This document shows, in pieces, positions 42,433 through 52,063 of a stretch of 58,446 bases of DNA; the stretch's first letter is position 1, and each line of letters starts with the position of its first letter. The DNA comes from Elusimicrobiota bacterium (GTDB taxonomy: Bacteria; Elusimicrobiota; Elusimicrobia; O2-12-FULL-59-9). The stretch spans positions 1 to 58,446 of the forward strand of contig JACQRQ010000261.1 in the NCBI GenBank assembly GCA_016206405.1, given 5' to 3'. The translations under genes were made by a program, and so were the position numbers. The notes under the pieces were generated by a model. It saw nothing but the letters and a program-made list of their open reading frames with translations, did no database searches and had not been told where the DNA came from.

Positions 42433-43703
42433 GACGACCCTGCCGACCTTTTTTTGCGCGGTTTTTCGCCTCGGCCGTGGCCGCGCTTTGGCTGGCCGGC
42501 TGCGTCCACTTGCCTCCCGCCCCGCCGCCGGAGGCGGTCACCCCCCCGGCCAAACCGGCGGAAGCGCCCTCGGGGCCTTACTTTACCAAGCTGCTTCCGG
42601 AGCAATTCCCGGCCTTCAACGATGACTTGCCCAAGGAAACGTTGTCGCGCGCCATCGACCGCAGCCTCGCGTATCTGAAAAGCGCCTCCTTCAGACTGCA
42701 TCAAATCGGCGGCGCCAGCTACTCCCGGGACTTTTTGATCGAATCCCTGGAGGATTTCAAGCGCCTTTGGAAATCCGCGCCGGATGAAAAATCCTTTTTG
42801 GAAAGTCTCCGGCGGAACTTCGACGTCTACCAGTCTACCGGCTCCGACAACGCGGGAAAGGTGGTGTTCAGCTCCTATTATGAGCCGACCCTGCCCGCGC
42901 GGGATAAGCCGGACGCAAAATTCAAATTTCCGCTGTATGCCCGGCCTCCCGACATGGTGGATATCCAGCTCAAGGATTTCAATCCCAAATGGGAGGACGA
43001 AAAAATCATCGGGCGCGTTTCCGGAAACAAGGTGTCGCCCTATTTCACCCGGGAGGAGATTGATCTGGACAAGGCTCTGGCCGGGAGAAATCTGGAGTTG
43101 GCCTGGCTCAGCAGCAATTTCGACCGGCTGAGCCTGCATATCCAGGGCTCGGGACGGCTGGTGTTTGCGGGAGGCGTCGAAAAGAGGGCGCAGTTCGCCG
43201 CGACCAATAATTATCCCTACCGCAGCGTCGGCCTGATTCTCATTGAGACCGGGGCCATGAATCGCGACGAGGTCACCCACGAAAGAGTCCGCCAATACTT
43301 CGAGGACCATCCGGAGGCCGGAGAGTGGGTCATCGCCAAAAACAAGCGCTACACCTTCTTTGAAATCAAAGACATCGAGCCCGATTCGGAACCCCTGGGC
43401 ACCATACGGCAGCAGCTCACCCCGGGACGCTCCATCGCCTTCGACCCCCAGGTCGCGCCGTTGGGCATCCTGGCGTTCATGGAAACTCTGATTCCGTCGG
43501 CGGCCGAAAACGGAAAGCTTCTGGGCGTCATTCCTGCGGCGCGCTTCGTCGTTTTGCAGGACACGGGAGGCGCGATCAAGGGCCCCGGCCGCGTCGACCT
43601 TTTCGCGGGACACGGCCCCCAGGCCCATACGCTGGCGACCAACCTTTGGTATCCGGGCCGGCTGTTCTTGGTGATCAAAAAGCTGCCCGCTCCGGCGCGT
43701 TAA
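42429..43703 (+). CDS. mltA: Membrane-bound lytic murein transglycosylase A (lipoprotein)
   Basis: ORF 42174..43703. The ATG at 42429 overlaps the pfk stop (ATGA) and gives MRRPCRPFFARFFASAVAALWLAGC, a lipobox. It has an MltA core and a 3D domain (FVVLQDTGGAIKGPGRVDLFAGHG). Confidence 0.88.
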   Translation: MRRPCRPFFARFFASAVAALWLAGCVHLPPAPPPEAVTPPAKPAEAPSGPYFTKLLPEQFPAFNDDLPKETLSRAIDRSLAYLKSASFRLHQIGGASYSRDFLIESLEDFKRLWKSAPDEKSFLESLRRNFDVYQSTGSDNAGKVVFSSYYEPTLPARDKPDAKFKFPLYARPPDMVDIQLKDFNPKWEDEKIIGRVSGNKVSPYFTREEIDLDKALAGRNLELAWLSSNFDRLSLHIQGSGRLVFAGGVEKRAQFAATNNYPYRSVGLILIETGAMNRDEVTHERVRQYFEDHPEAGEWVIAKNKRYTFFEIKDIEPDSEPLGTIRQQLTPGRSIAFDPQVAPLGILAFMETLIPSAAENGKLLGVIPAARFVVLQDTGGAIKGPGRVDLFAGHGPQAHTLATNLWYPGRLFLVIKKLPAPAR

Positions 43704-43706
43704 ACC

Positions 43707-44993
43707 ATGAAAAACAAGCATAGCCGTTATTTCCTGCCCGCCGCCTTGATCCTCTTCGCGGGCTGCCTGCGCGGCCCGGCCGGGGCAAAGCCCGCCGCGC
43801 TTCAAGCGGCGGCGCCCGCTCCCATCCCCGCCGGCGAGGTCCTCTCGGGAATCGATGTGCTTGAGGAGGAAAACTTCGCCTCCTTGGCCGGAAGGCGGGT
43901 GGGACTCATCACCAACCACACCGGAAAGGACCGGCATGGAATCGGCACGGTCGAGGTATTGGCCAAAGCGCCTGGGGTCACCCTGGCCGCTCTCTTCAGC
44001 CCCGAACACGGATTTTTAGGCGATCTGGACCGGGAGGGCATTGATTCCTCGACCATCACCGTGCGGACGAGTTCACAAAGCGCCCTCAGCCTGCCGGTTT
44101 ACAGCCTTTATGGCCGGACTAAAAGGCCGACCCCAAAAATGCTTCAAGATATCGATATTCTGGTGTTCGATATTCAAGACATCGGCGCCCGGTTCTACAC
44201 CTATCTGACCACCATGGGCTACGCCATGGAGGAGGCCGCAAAAAACGACGTCGATTTCATGGTCTTGGACCGCCCCAACCCCATCAACGGAATCACCGTC
44301 GAAGGCGGCATATTGGAAAACTATATCCGCCACTTTACCGCCTACTACACGGTCCCCACGCGGCACGCGATGACGGCCGGGGAAATCGCCCTCTTTCACA
44401 ACGAGACCCAAAATATGGGCGCCGAACTGCGAGTGATTCCCATGAAGGGCTGGAAAAGAAGCATGTGGTACGACCAAACCGGGCTGCCCTGGATCGCCAC
44501 CTCTCCCAATATGCCCGATTTGACCAGCGCGGCTCTTTATCCGGGAATCGGCTGCTTTGAGGCCACCAATCTATCCGTCGGGCGCGGCACCCCCACGCCC
44601 TTCGGAATCATCGGCGCGCCATGGCTACGGGGTTATAAAAAAATCGCCGACCGCCTGAACAAGCTCAATTTGCCCGGCGTCCGATTCCGGACAAAAACGT
44701 TCACTCCGGTCAAGGAACCGTTCAAAGGCAGGCTTTGCCGCGGCATCGAGATCGAGGTCACCGACCGCGATAAAATCCGGCCATTTTCCGTTTTCACTTA
44801 CCTCATCTGCGCCATACGGGACACCAACTTCGGAGATTTTGAGGTCCGCTGGGAGGAGATGGCGCGCATGGTGGGCAACGACGTTTTCAAGCTGCTTTAT
44901 TTGGCCGGCGCCCAACCGGAGGAAATCACGGCTTCCATGAGCCAGTACCATCAAGAATTTCTCGAGACCCGCAAGCCGTATCTTCTATATTGA
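43707..44993 (+). CDS. DUF1343 family protein (NamZ-like exo-beta-N-acetylmuramidase candidate)
   Basis: 428 aa, exported. GLITNHTG, LFSPEHGF, VFDIQDIGARFYTY and LDRPNPING match what I recall of the YbbC/NamZ family. Confidence 0.8.
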   Translation: MKNKHSRYFLPAALILFAGCLRGPAGAKPAALQAAAPAPIPAGEVLSGIDVLEEENFASLAGRRVGLITNHTGKDRHGIGTVEVLAKAPGVTLAALFSPEHGFLGDLDREGIDSSTITVRTSSQSALSLPVYSLYGRTKRPTPKMLQDIDILVFDIQDIGARFYTYLTTMGYAMEEAAKNDVDFMVLDRPNPINGITVEGGILENYIRHFTAYYTVPTRHAMTAGEIALFHNETQNMGAELRVIPMKGWKRSMWYDQTGLPWIATSPNMPDLTSAALYPGIGCFEATNLSVGRGTPTPFGIIGAPWLRGYKKIADRLNKLNLPGVRFRTKTFTPVKEPFKGRLCRGIEIEVTDRDKIRPFSVFTYLICAIRDTNFGDFEVRWEEMARMVGNDVFKLLYLAGAQPEEITASMSQYHQEFLETRKPYLLY

Positions 44994-45079
44994 GGAATGC
45001 CGGTCCTTTCGCCTCTCCTGCTCCGCCTCGATAAATCCAACACTGCGGTGAGGCCGCTGCGCCACCCGGCGGATTTAAT

Positions 45080-45397
45080 ATGACCGCAATTTATATTCTG
45101 ACGACAAGCTGGATACTGTGGGTTGTCTTGGCGATCTTCAAAGTTTTCGGCGGGAAGGACTTCTGGAGCCGGCCGCTGTTATCCTGGCGCATTTCGCTTT
45201 TTGCCGCTTGCATCCTCATACAGTGCCTCGGATTTCTGCTGATAATGTACGGCCAACTTGCCCCGAATTTTCCAGTCGCGGTTATGGGAGGGATAATGTT
45301 TCTATGCGGGGCGGGAATATGGATGACCTGCGACAGGCGGCTGAAAACGCTGGGAGGGAAACCCTCGGCTCGCCCCCATCAGCACATCACAAATTAA
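45080..45397 (+). CDS. Hypothetical small membrane protein
   Basis: 105 aa with three hydrophobic helices (IYILTTSWILWVVLAIF, ISLFAACILIQCLGFLLIMY, VMGGIMFLCGAGIWM). Confidence 0.5.
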   Translation: MTAIYILTTSWILWVVLAIFKVFGGKDFWSRPLLSWRISLFAACILIQCLGFLLIMYGQLAPNFPVAVMGGIMFLCGAGIWMTCDRRLKTLGGKPSARPHQHITN

Positions 45398-46533
45398 TCT
45401 AGGGCGCGCCCACAATCAATGATTTTGCCAAGAATGCGCCGGCCGCGGGCGCCGGTGGCTTCGGGACAGTGATTCGTTTTGCCTTGCAGGGCTCGATCGG
45501 CCATGAGAGCGAAGCAGGCGGCCTCTTTGGCCGTTGAGGAAATACCGAACTCGTCCATGAAGCGGACTCTAAATTTTTTTATGGGCCCCGAATAAAATGC
45601 GTCTCTCAGATGCCGGACAAGAGCCGGATTCCGGGCCCCGCCTCCGCTGATCACTATTTCCCTGACGGGGTGGAGCGGAAAGACGAACCTTTCATAAGCC
45701 ACAAAAATCGAAAGCGCGGTAAAATAGGTCAGCGTGGCGACCCTGTCCTCCAAACGCCTGCGCTTCAGCGGCCCGGAAAACTTCTCAAAAAAAGGCTCAA
45801 GGAAAGCGCTGCGGTCTAGGGATTTGGGAGGCCGCCTGGAGAAAAAAGGCTCCCGCAGCATTCGATTCGCCAACGAAAAATCAACTTTTCCGCGTTCGGC
45901 CAAAAGGCCGTTTTTATCGAAGCGCTTGCGCCCTCCGCTCGCCCTTTGAACCTCGGCGTCGATGAGGCAATTGCCGGGACCGGTGTCGAAGCCCAGCGGG
46001 GCGGCGCCCCCGCCGACGACCGAAACATTGGCGATTCCCCCGATATTTTGAAGCGCGCGGACGGGACCGCGGGAAAACAAGAATTCATCCAGATACGGAA
46101 CCAAAGGCGCCCCGCAGCCTCCGGCGGCGATGTCTCCCGGACGAAAATCCGCCACGACGGGAATCCCGGTCGCCTCGGCGATGAGGGCGGCCTCGCCAAT
46201 TTGTAGCGTGTTGCGGGCCCGATCGCCGGGGCCGTGATAGACGGTCTGTCCATGCGAGCCGATGGCGCGAACGCTTCTCAACGGCACGCGGTTTTGCCGC
46301 AGAAAACGGACGGCGGCCCGTCCGAAAAGAGCTCCCAACTCAAAATTTAGACGGGAGAGTTCCGGGACGCACAGCCGTCCGGCGTTGAGAATCGTGGTTT
46401 GAAGCCTGCGCGAATAAGGGAAAGTTCGCTCGGCCAGCACGCGAACTTTCCGGCCGGAAATCGAAATGAGCGCGAGGCTGACGCCATCGCCGGAAGTTCC
46501 CGACATCAAGCCCACCGCCAGACGGCCGCTCAT
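45394..46533 (-). CDS. anmK: Anhydro-N-acetylmuramic acid kinase
   Basis: 379 aa. N-terminal GLMSGTSGDGVSLALI, then DTGPGNCLID. Typical AnmK layout. Confidence 0.9.
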   Translation of the reverse strand: MSGRLAVGLMSGTSGDGVSLALISISGRKVRVLAERTFPYSRRLQTTILNAGRLCVPELSRLNFELGALFGRAAVRFLRQNRVPLRSVRAIGSHGQTVYHGPGDRARNTLQIGEAALIAEATGIPVVADFRPGDIAAGGCGAPLVPYLDEFLFSRGPVRALQNIGGIANVSVVGGGAAPLGFDTGPGNCLIDAEVQRASGGRKRFDKNGLLAERGKVDFSLANRMLREPFFSRRPPKSLDRSAFLEPFFEKFSGPLKRRRLEDRVATLTYFTALSIFVAYERFVFPLHPVREIVISGGGARNPALVRHLRDAFYSGPIKKFRVRFMDEFGISSTAKEAACFALMADRALQGKTNHCPEATGARGRRILGKIIDCGRALD

Positions 46534-47426
46534 GCTTCCAGCGCCCGACGCAAACTGCCGTCGGCGGCATCGAGCAGCTTGCGCGCCCGCGCCAGGGAGA
46601 TATTGCGGCGGGCCATCAGGATGGCCGCCTTCGCGTTCTTGGCCTCTTGAAGCAGCCGCCGCGCTTCCTTCTCCGGCACTCCGCCCAACTGCCGGATCAG
46701 CCTCACGGCTCTAAAAACCAGCTTGCGGGAGACCGGTTTTAAATCCACCATGAGATTCCCGTAAACCTTTCCCCGCCGGATCAAGGCCGTCAACGTGAGC
46801 ATGTTCAAAACCATTTTGGCCGCCGTCGCCGATTTCAGGCGCGTCGCGCCGGACAAAATTTCAGGTCCCACTTTGGGCGCGATCGTCAAATCGCAATCCC
46901 TGATCCCGGAATAGGGATGGGAGCTCACCAGCAGGGTCGAGCAGCCGCGCCGTTTGGCGGAGGAAAGCGCCGCGCGAACGTAAGGAGTGGCTCCGCTGGC
47001 CGCCACGCCCACGACGACGTCGCCGCGCCTGACTTTGCTTCGGACGGCCTTGGAGGCCGCCGCGGCGTCGTCTTCCGCCCCTTCCCTCGACTTGAAAACC
47101 GCGCCGCGCCCTCCCGCCATAATCGCTTGAATCAATAACGCGGATGTGCCGAAAGTCGGGGGCATTTCCGCCGCTTCCAGCACGCCCAGCCGCCCGCTTG
47201 TTCCCGCTCCCACGAAAAAAAGGCGTCCGCCGCTTTCCAGAGCGCGGGTGATTATTTCAGAGCCCCGGACGATGCGCGCCTTTTCGCGCCGCACGGCGCG
47301 GACCACCCTCAAATCTTCCCGGTTCATCAGGCTGACGATGGCGGCCGGGGAGAGGGCGTCCAAGCGCCCGGACTTGGTATGGGCTTTTTCCGTTGGCAAA
47401 CGGGCGTAGAACGCGGAGGCTCGCAT
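46530..47426 (-). CDS. murQ: N-acetylmuramic acid 6-phosphate etherase
   Basis: 298 aa. SIS domain with FFVGAGTSGRLGVLEAAEMPPTFG and ATRLKSATAAKMVLNMLT. ATGA overlap with anmK. Confidence 0.92.
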   Translation of the reverse strand: MRASAFYARLPTEKAHTKSGRLDALSPAAIVSLMNREDLRVVRAVRREKARIVRGSEIITRALESGGRLFFVGAGTSGRLGVLEAAEMPPTFGTSALLIQAIMAGGRGAVFKSREGAEDDAAAASKAVRSKVRRGDVVVGVAASGATPYVRAALSSAKRRGCSTLLVSSHPYSGIRDCDLTIAPKVGPEILSGATRLKSATAAKMVLNMLTLTALIRRGKVYGNLMVDLKPVSRKLVFRAVRLIRQLGGVPEKEARRLLQEAKNAKAAILMARRNISLARARKLLDAADGSLRRALEA

Positions 47427-47434
47427 GGGTGGAG

Positions 47435-48313
47435 CTAACGGCTTCCCGCCGGAGGCGGGGAGCGCTGCGGCTCAGGGGCGGCGCTGATGGTGGAAACGAC
47501 AACCATGAAAGATTTTGACGGATTTTGAACCCACCGCATCACTTTCTCAAGATTTTCCCCTTCCAGAAGAGGCGCCCCATGTCCGTCGAGCGCAGCTAAG
47601 AAGGAGACCTGGCTTCCCGTGGAGAAAACGCCCAAATTATAAAGCAGCTTGGCGCCGGAGTATGAATATTCGTCGTTTTGGGACGTCAACAAAAGCAGCG
47701 GCCTTCTGCCGTATTGCCGGATGTCGTTGACCGTGCGCACCTCGCGGTAATTCAGCGACGGGGACAATAAAATCGCCATGGGAATTTCGGGGCGGCGCGA
47801 GGCGGCCTTGAGCATGATATTGGCCCCGATGCTGCCGCCGACCAAGACCGTTGAGCTGGAATTGACGCCTTGGGATGATAAGAAGACCAGCGCGGCCTCC
47901 ACGTCCGCAGTCATTTGATTCCATTCGTTGTCTTCGCCGCGGCGCTGAAAGCTGCGAAAATCCGCTCTTCCGTGAGGCCCCATCTGGCTTTCGCCGTGCC
48001 CGCGAGCGTCGTACGCCAAAATTCCGTAGCCTAAGGCCGCCGCGGTCGAGGCGAAATGCTCCCACTCCCCCTTGCCGGCTCCAACGCCGTGCAGGCAAAT
48101 GAAAGTCCACAGGCCGGCGTCGCGCCTGGGCGCATACCACGCGCCCAACTTCCACCCATCGGCCGTCCTGAATTCCACTTTTTCCCCAAAAGCGACTTTG
48201 GGAATTTGCGGCGGCAAACTGCGCTTGGAAGCCGCCTGCCCCGGCGGGGCGAAAGCTCCCGCGAGCCCGAAGAATGCCGCCGTCAAAGGGACAAAAAATA
48301 TTCTATAGCGCAC
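47435..48313 (-). CDS. Exported alpha/beta-fold hydrolase
   Basis: Signal MRYRIFFVPLTAAFFGLAGAFAP, then ICLHGVGAGKGEW and the nucleophile elbow GGSIGAN. Confidence 0.75.
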   Translation of the reverse strand: MRYRIFFVPLTAAFFGLAGAFAPPGQAASKRSLPPQIPKVAFGEKVEFRTADGWKLGAWYAPRRDAGLWTFICLHGVGAGKGEWEHFASTAAALGYGILAYDARGHGESQMGPHGRADFRSFQRRGEDNEWNQMTADVEAALVFLSSQGVNSSSTVLVGGSIGANIMLKAASRRPEIPMAILLSPSLNYREVRTVNDIRQYGRRPLLLLTSQNDEYSYSGAKLLYNLGVFSTGSQVSFLAALDGHGAPLLEGENLEKVMRWVQNPSKSFMVVVSTISAAPEPQRSPPPAGSR

Positions 48314-49928
48314 GCGATGCTTCGGGTCTCAGGCGGGTGAATTGAGACAAATACGCCTGCCGCTCCTGTTTGAGGTCTTGGACCAAGCGCCGGTAAGTCG
48401 GCGCCCGGTAGTAGGACCGGGGCGAATATTTCCGCGCGAAATCGTCGAGCCCGGGCACGCGCGCGGGCGTTTGGTATCCCCATTCGTCATCGGCGTTCCA
48501 GGCTCCGGGCTCGGGTTTTCCCTGCCGGGCGATAAAGGCCAGAATCGCCGAGGAAACCGCCTTGGTGATCTTCACGCCCGCCGCCCCCGCGCCGCCGACA
48601 TCGGCGCCCTTCCCGATGGAACCGGTGTTGAGCAGGTAAACCTCAATGCCTGGATTATCTCGCAGAATCTCCCAGAACCGGTTTCCCTCTTCCTCCTCCA
48701 AACCGACGATGAAAGGATTAAAACCCACCTGGCGGATGGACTGTCCGGCTTTGGAAGGATCCCCGGCCGATGTTTCGATGGACTCGCCGAGCATAAAATA
48801 GGCCGCCGCCTGATCCCGGCTGAGGCGGGCGACCGGCGGCACCACGGTGTCGCGCCGGGTGATGAAAACCACCTTATCGACCCGCCCCAAATCGATTTGC
48901 TCCGAAGTGTTGGGGAGCAGGTTTCTGCGGCAAAGCGCCCGGCCGTTGGTGCCGTTGGCATAATTGAGAAAATCGACCGCGCCGGAGGCTTCATCCACGT
49001 ACACGTTCTCAAAGACGGAGTTTTCGTCGGTCAGAGCCGCATAGAGGTCCGGCTGCTCCTCCCGGGCCAAGCCCTCCGTTTTCACGTAAAAATTGTCTTC
49101 GCTCCCATAGGCGGCGCCGTCTTGGGTCAAAAATACGATGTCGTCTTGCAGCGTCAACACCCCTTCCGGTTTTTTCAGGCCGTGATCGTCCAACGTGAGC
49201 GTCGTCTTGCCCGTGCCCGAAAGGCCGAACAAGAGCATGCCCACGTCCCGCAGTTCGGCCCCGGACGCCGCCCGGATCAGCTTGCTCCCGGCATGCAGGC
49301 CGAGGCCGCCGCGCCGCTTCATCCCGAACATCGCCAAGCGCAAGAATGACATCTTGGCCTCGCCCACGTAGTCTATGCCCAAGACATAATTGACGCCCCG
49401 GTCCGGGCAAAGGAGCACGAGGCGCTCGGGAAGCCCGGACCTCGCCGCCTCCGGGATCAACTCCTTCCACTGCGGCAGGTAAACCGTGAGCACGTCCGGC
49501 TCCCGGGAGGCATTCTTCTGCGCCTGCGAAGGCGCGAACAGAGTCTGCGACCAAAGCAGCGCCACGCGGGCATATTCTTGAGGCAACCACAGACGCGCAT
49601 GGAAGGACGCGGACGGATGCCTCCCGATCACCCGGTCGATCCTGTACCATTCGACTTTCGGCATGGCCTGCGCCACCCAATCGGCGACGCGGCGGGCGAA
49701 TTCGGGCGCCATCGCGGCCTGATGGCGGCCGGCTTTCGTTTCTCCTTCCAATAAAAATGTGTTTTGGGCGCTGCGGCTGGAGGCCCGGCGGGTGTAGTAG
49801 GCAGGCGCTCTGAAAGAAGTGATTCGCTCTTCGAAAGCGGCCCGGCGCCGCAACTCGGCCGGGGAGGGGTTGGAAACGCTCTTGAGGCCCGGAAACGCCT
49901 TGGGAAATAAGGTTTTCGCAACCGTCAT
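48303..49928 (-). CDS. pckA: Phosphoenolpyruvate carboxykinase (ATP)
   Basis: 541 aa. Kinase-1a loop FGLSGTGKTTLT and a typical ATP-PEPCK C-terminal half. The N-terminal third is divergent. Confidence 0.85.
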   Translation of the reverse strand: MTVAKTLFPKAFPGLKSVSNPSPAELRRRAAFEERITSFRAPAYYTRRASSRSAQNTFLLEGETKAGRHQAAMAPEFARRVADWVAQAMPKVEWYRIDRVIGRHPSASFHARLWLPQEYARVALLWSQTLFAPSQAQKNASREPDVLTVYLPQWKELIPEAARSGLPERLVLLCPDRGVNYVLGIDYVGEAKMSFLRLAMFGMKRRGGLGLHAGSKLIRAASGAELRDVGMLLFGLSGTGKTTLTLDDHGLKKPEGVLTLQDDIVFLTQDGAAYGSEDNFYVKTEGLAREEQPDLYAALTDENSVFENVYVDEASGAVDFLNYANGTNGRALCRRNLLPNTSEQIDLGRVDKVVFITRRDTVVPPVARLSRDQAAAYFMLGESIETSAGDPSKAGQSIRQVGFNPFIVGLEEEEGNRFWEILRDNPGIEVYLLNTGSIGKGADVGGAGAAGVKITKAVSSAILAFIARQGKPEPGAWNADDEWGYQTPARVPGLDDFARKYSPRSYYRAPTYRRLVQDLKQERQAYLSQFTRLRPEASRAL

Positions 49929-50440
49929 AGCCCGCCTTTGGCTTTGCGGGGAACGCTCCTTGAGGCGTTGCCGGCCACGGCCGGTTCCAAGTCGACGATC
50001 TCCTCCGGAGCGAACCAGAGACCGATCTCTCTTTGCGCCTCGGCGGGATCGCTCGAGGCATGAATCACGTTTTCCATCACGCCCTTGGTGGTGATGCGCC
50101 CGTAGGCTCCCCGGAGGCTCTTGGGATCGGCCTGCTCGGGATGGGTCGCCCCGGCGACATCGCGAACTTTCTGAACGGCGTTCTCGCCTCTGTAAACGAA
50201 GGCCAAAACGCCGCTGCTCAGCTTGCCGTGAAGCTCGCCCTTGATGTAGCGGATGAGCTCCGGGAAAAAGGGTTTATCCCGAAGATGTTTGTAGTGCTCG
50301 TGAGCCAGCGCATCGGACACTTGAACCACCTTGGCCCCGACGATATAAAGCCCCGCCTGAGCCAGGCGGAACACGACGTGGCCCGTCAGATTTCTCTGCA
50401 AGGCGTCCGGTTTGATCAAGACTAGGGTATTTTCAATCAT
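49925..50440 (-). CDS. ndk: Nucleoside diphosphate kinase (with a C-terminal extension of about 25 aa)
   Basis: NTLVLIKPDA, and NVIHASSD with the active-site His. ATGA overlap with pckA. Confidence 0.93.
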   Translation of the reverse strand: MIENTLVLIKPDALQRNLTGHVVFRLAQAGLYIVGAKVVQVSDALAHEHYKHLRDKPFFPELIRYIKGELHGKLSSGVLAFVYRGENAVQKVRDVAGATHPEQADPKSLRGAYGRITTKGVMENVIHASSDPAEAQREIGLWFAPEEIVDLEPAVAGNASRSVPRKAKGGL

Positions 50441-50510
50441 GGCCGCGCATCCTTTTGACGAGGTTTGAAACCGCTATTTTATGAAAATAGCCGGCGCGAA
50501 ACAACGATCC

Positions 50511-51563
50511 TCACGCTCCTATTTGGCCCCGAATTTTTTCCGCCCGAAACTGGTCGCGCTCTCTGGCGGCGAGCTCCTTCTGGGCGGCCATCTGGATATG
50601 GGCCGGCTGGGCGGTCAAAAAAATATCGTTGAGCTGCGGCAGTCCCATCGGCATCGCCCAGCCCAGCGCGATCCCCAGCCGGATGTAGGACAGGTGGTGC
50701 ATCGCTTCCTCGAAGGTGATGATCCGGCAATGGCTTAAAATTCCAACGGAGCGGTACACCGAATCTTCAAGCTTCACCCGTTCCGGGCCGGAACAGAGCC
50801 TCTGCCTTTCCTCCTTTTCCCGCTCCACGAGCCTTTCGACGACGTCCTTGAGGCGGTCGATAAAGGCCTCCTCGGTCCGTCCCAGGCATGTGGCGTTGGA
50901 AAGCTGGAAAATATCTCCCAGAACACGGGTTCCCTCTCCGTAGAGCCCCCGCACGATCACCCCCATCCTGGAAAGACTCTCCAATACGCGGTTGACGCTG
51001 CTCGACCACCCCAACGCCGGCAGATGCAGAAGGCAGGAGGCGCGAAGCCCGGTTCCCAAATTGGTGGGGCAAGCCGTCAAAAACCCCCAATCCGGGTCGT
51101 ATGCGAAATTAAGCCGTTGGCCCAATTCATCGTCCAGCCGCCGGAGCGCCTCCCAGGCCGCGCTCAATGACAGGCCGGCCTCCAGGCTTTGCATCCGCAG
51201 GTGGTCCTCCTCGTTGATCATGAGGCTAATTTTTTCCTTCTCGCCCACGACCACGCCGCGGTTGGCCGGCTCCGCCGTCAAGTCTTTGGAAATCAAGTGC
51301 CTTTCCACCAGCAGGCCGCGGTCCAAATCGTCCAAATCTTCCAGCCGCAAAAATGCGGCTTTCCCAAAAATCCTGTTTTTTCTCGTTCCCTCAAATATCT
51401 CGCCGATGACCTGGCTTAAATCCTTCGCGCGGGCCTTGCCCGGAAAGGCGTGGCGCTCCAGATTGCGGGCCAGGCGGACGCGCGAGGAGAGCACTATCGC
51501 CGATTCCGGAGCGTCGGCCGAAAGCCAGGCGGCCTTCAATTTCAGCATGTTGTTAAGCTGCAT
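50511..51563 (-). CDS. mcsB: Protein arginine kinase
   Basis: 350 aa. Guanido-phosphotransferase catalytic-domain pattern SSRVRLARNL and LTACPTNLGTGLRAS. Confidence 0.9.
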   Translation of the reverse strand: MQLNNMLKLKAAWLSADAPESAIVLSSRVRLARNLERHAFPGKARAKDLSQVIGEIFEGTRKNRIFGKAAFLRLEDLDDLDRGLLVERHLISKDLTAEPANRGVVVGEKEKISLMINEEDHLRMQSLEAGLSLSAAWEALRRLDDELGQRLNFAYDPDWGFLTACPTNLGTGLRASCLLHLPALGWSSSVNRVLESLSRMGVIVRGLYGEGTRVLGDIFQLSNATCLGRTEEAFIDRLKDVVERLVEREKEERQRLCSGPERVKLEDSVYRSVGILSHCRIITFEEAMHHLSYIRLGIALGWAMPMGLPQLNDIFLTAQPAHIQMAAQKELAARERDQFRAEKIRGQIGA

Positions 51564-51574
51564 CGCCCTTGCCT

Positions 51575-52063
51575 CTATTCGGACTGCCCCGCTTGGCGGA
51601 TTTGATCCCGGAGCGCGACGGCCGTCTCAAAATCCTCTGTGGCGACCGCCAGCTTGAGCTTTTTTTTCAACTCTTCCAGGTTCCGGGCGGAGTTCAACCG
51701 GTAGGTCCGTCCCTGATGCCGGGGAAAACCGTGGATGCGCGAGACCAGAGGCGCCAGCAACGGTCTGAAGGAAGCATAGCAATGGTTGCAGCCCAAACGG
51801 CCCGTTTCGCGAAATTGGGAGTAGCGCAGGCCGCAGGCCTGGCATGCGGCGCTCTGCTCCTTGAGGCCGCCCGGCTTGACCCCCAAACCGCTCAAGCCGG
51901 CCAGGATCTCCGGGATCGAAAGCGAGGAAGGCTCGGAGACCAGAGAGATGCCGCGCTTTTCGGCGCAATCACCGCACAAATGCAGCTCGATGACTTGATT
52001 TTGATCGATCGCCTTAAAAAATACGCTGGCCTCCTTTTTCCGGCAATGGGAGCACAGCATCAT
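51575..52063 (-). CDS. mcsA: McsA-like UvrB/UvrC-motif protein (activator of McsB)
   Basis: 162 aa. Cys pairs CSHC...CGDC and CQAC...CNHC, plus a C-terminal UVR motif LEELKKKLKLAVATEDFETAVALRDQI. It lies directly upstream of mcsB. Confidence 0.85.
   Translation of the reverse strand: MMLCSHCRKKEASVFFKAIDQNQVIELHLCGDCAEKRGISLVSEPSSLSIPEILAGLSGLGVKPGGLKEQSAACQACGLRYSQFRETGRLGCNHCYASFRPLLAPLVSRIHGFPRHQGRTYRLNSARNLEELKKKLKLAVATEDFETAVALRDQIRQAGQSE

Noticed and set aside
42276-44009. 577-aa minus-strand ORF
   Set aside because: It is antisense to the well-supported mltA and DUF1343 genes. Its composition is Arg/Gly/Pro-rich with no motifs, which is the typical shadow ORF of a GC-rich region.
49009-50061. 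350-aa minus-strand ORF overlapping pckA and ndk in another frame
   Set aside because: It shares the strand but not the frame with two conserved genes. The sequence is Arg/Pro/Gly-rich low-complexity with no recognisable domain.
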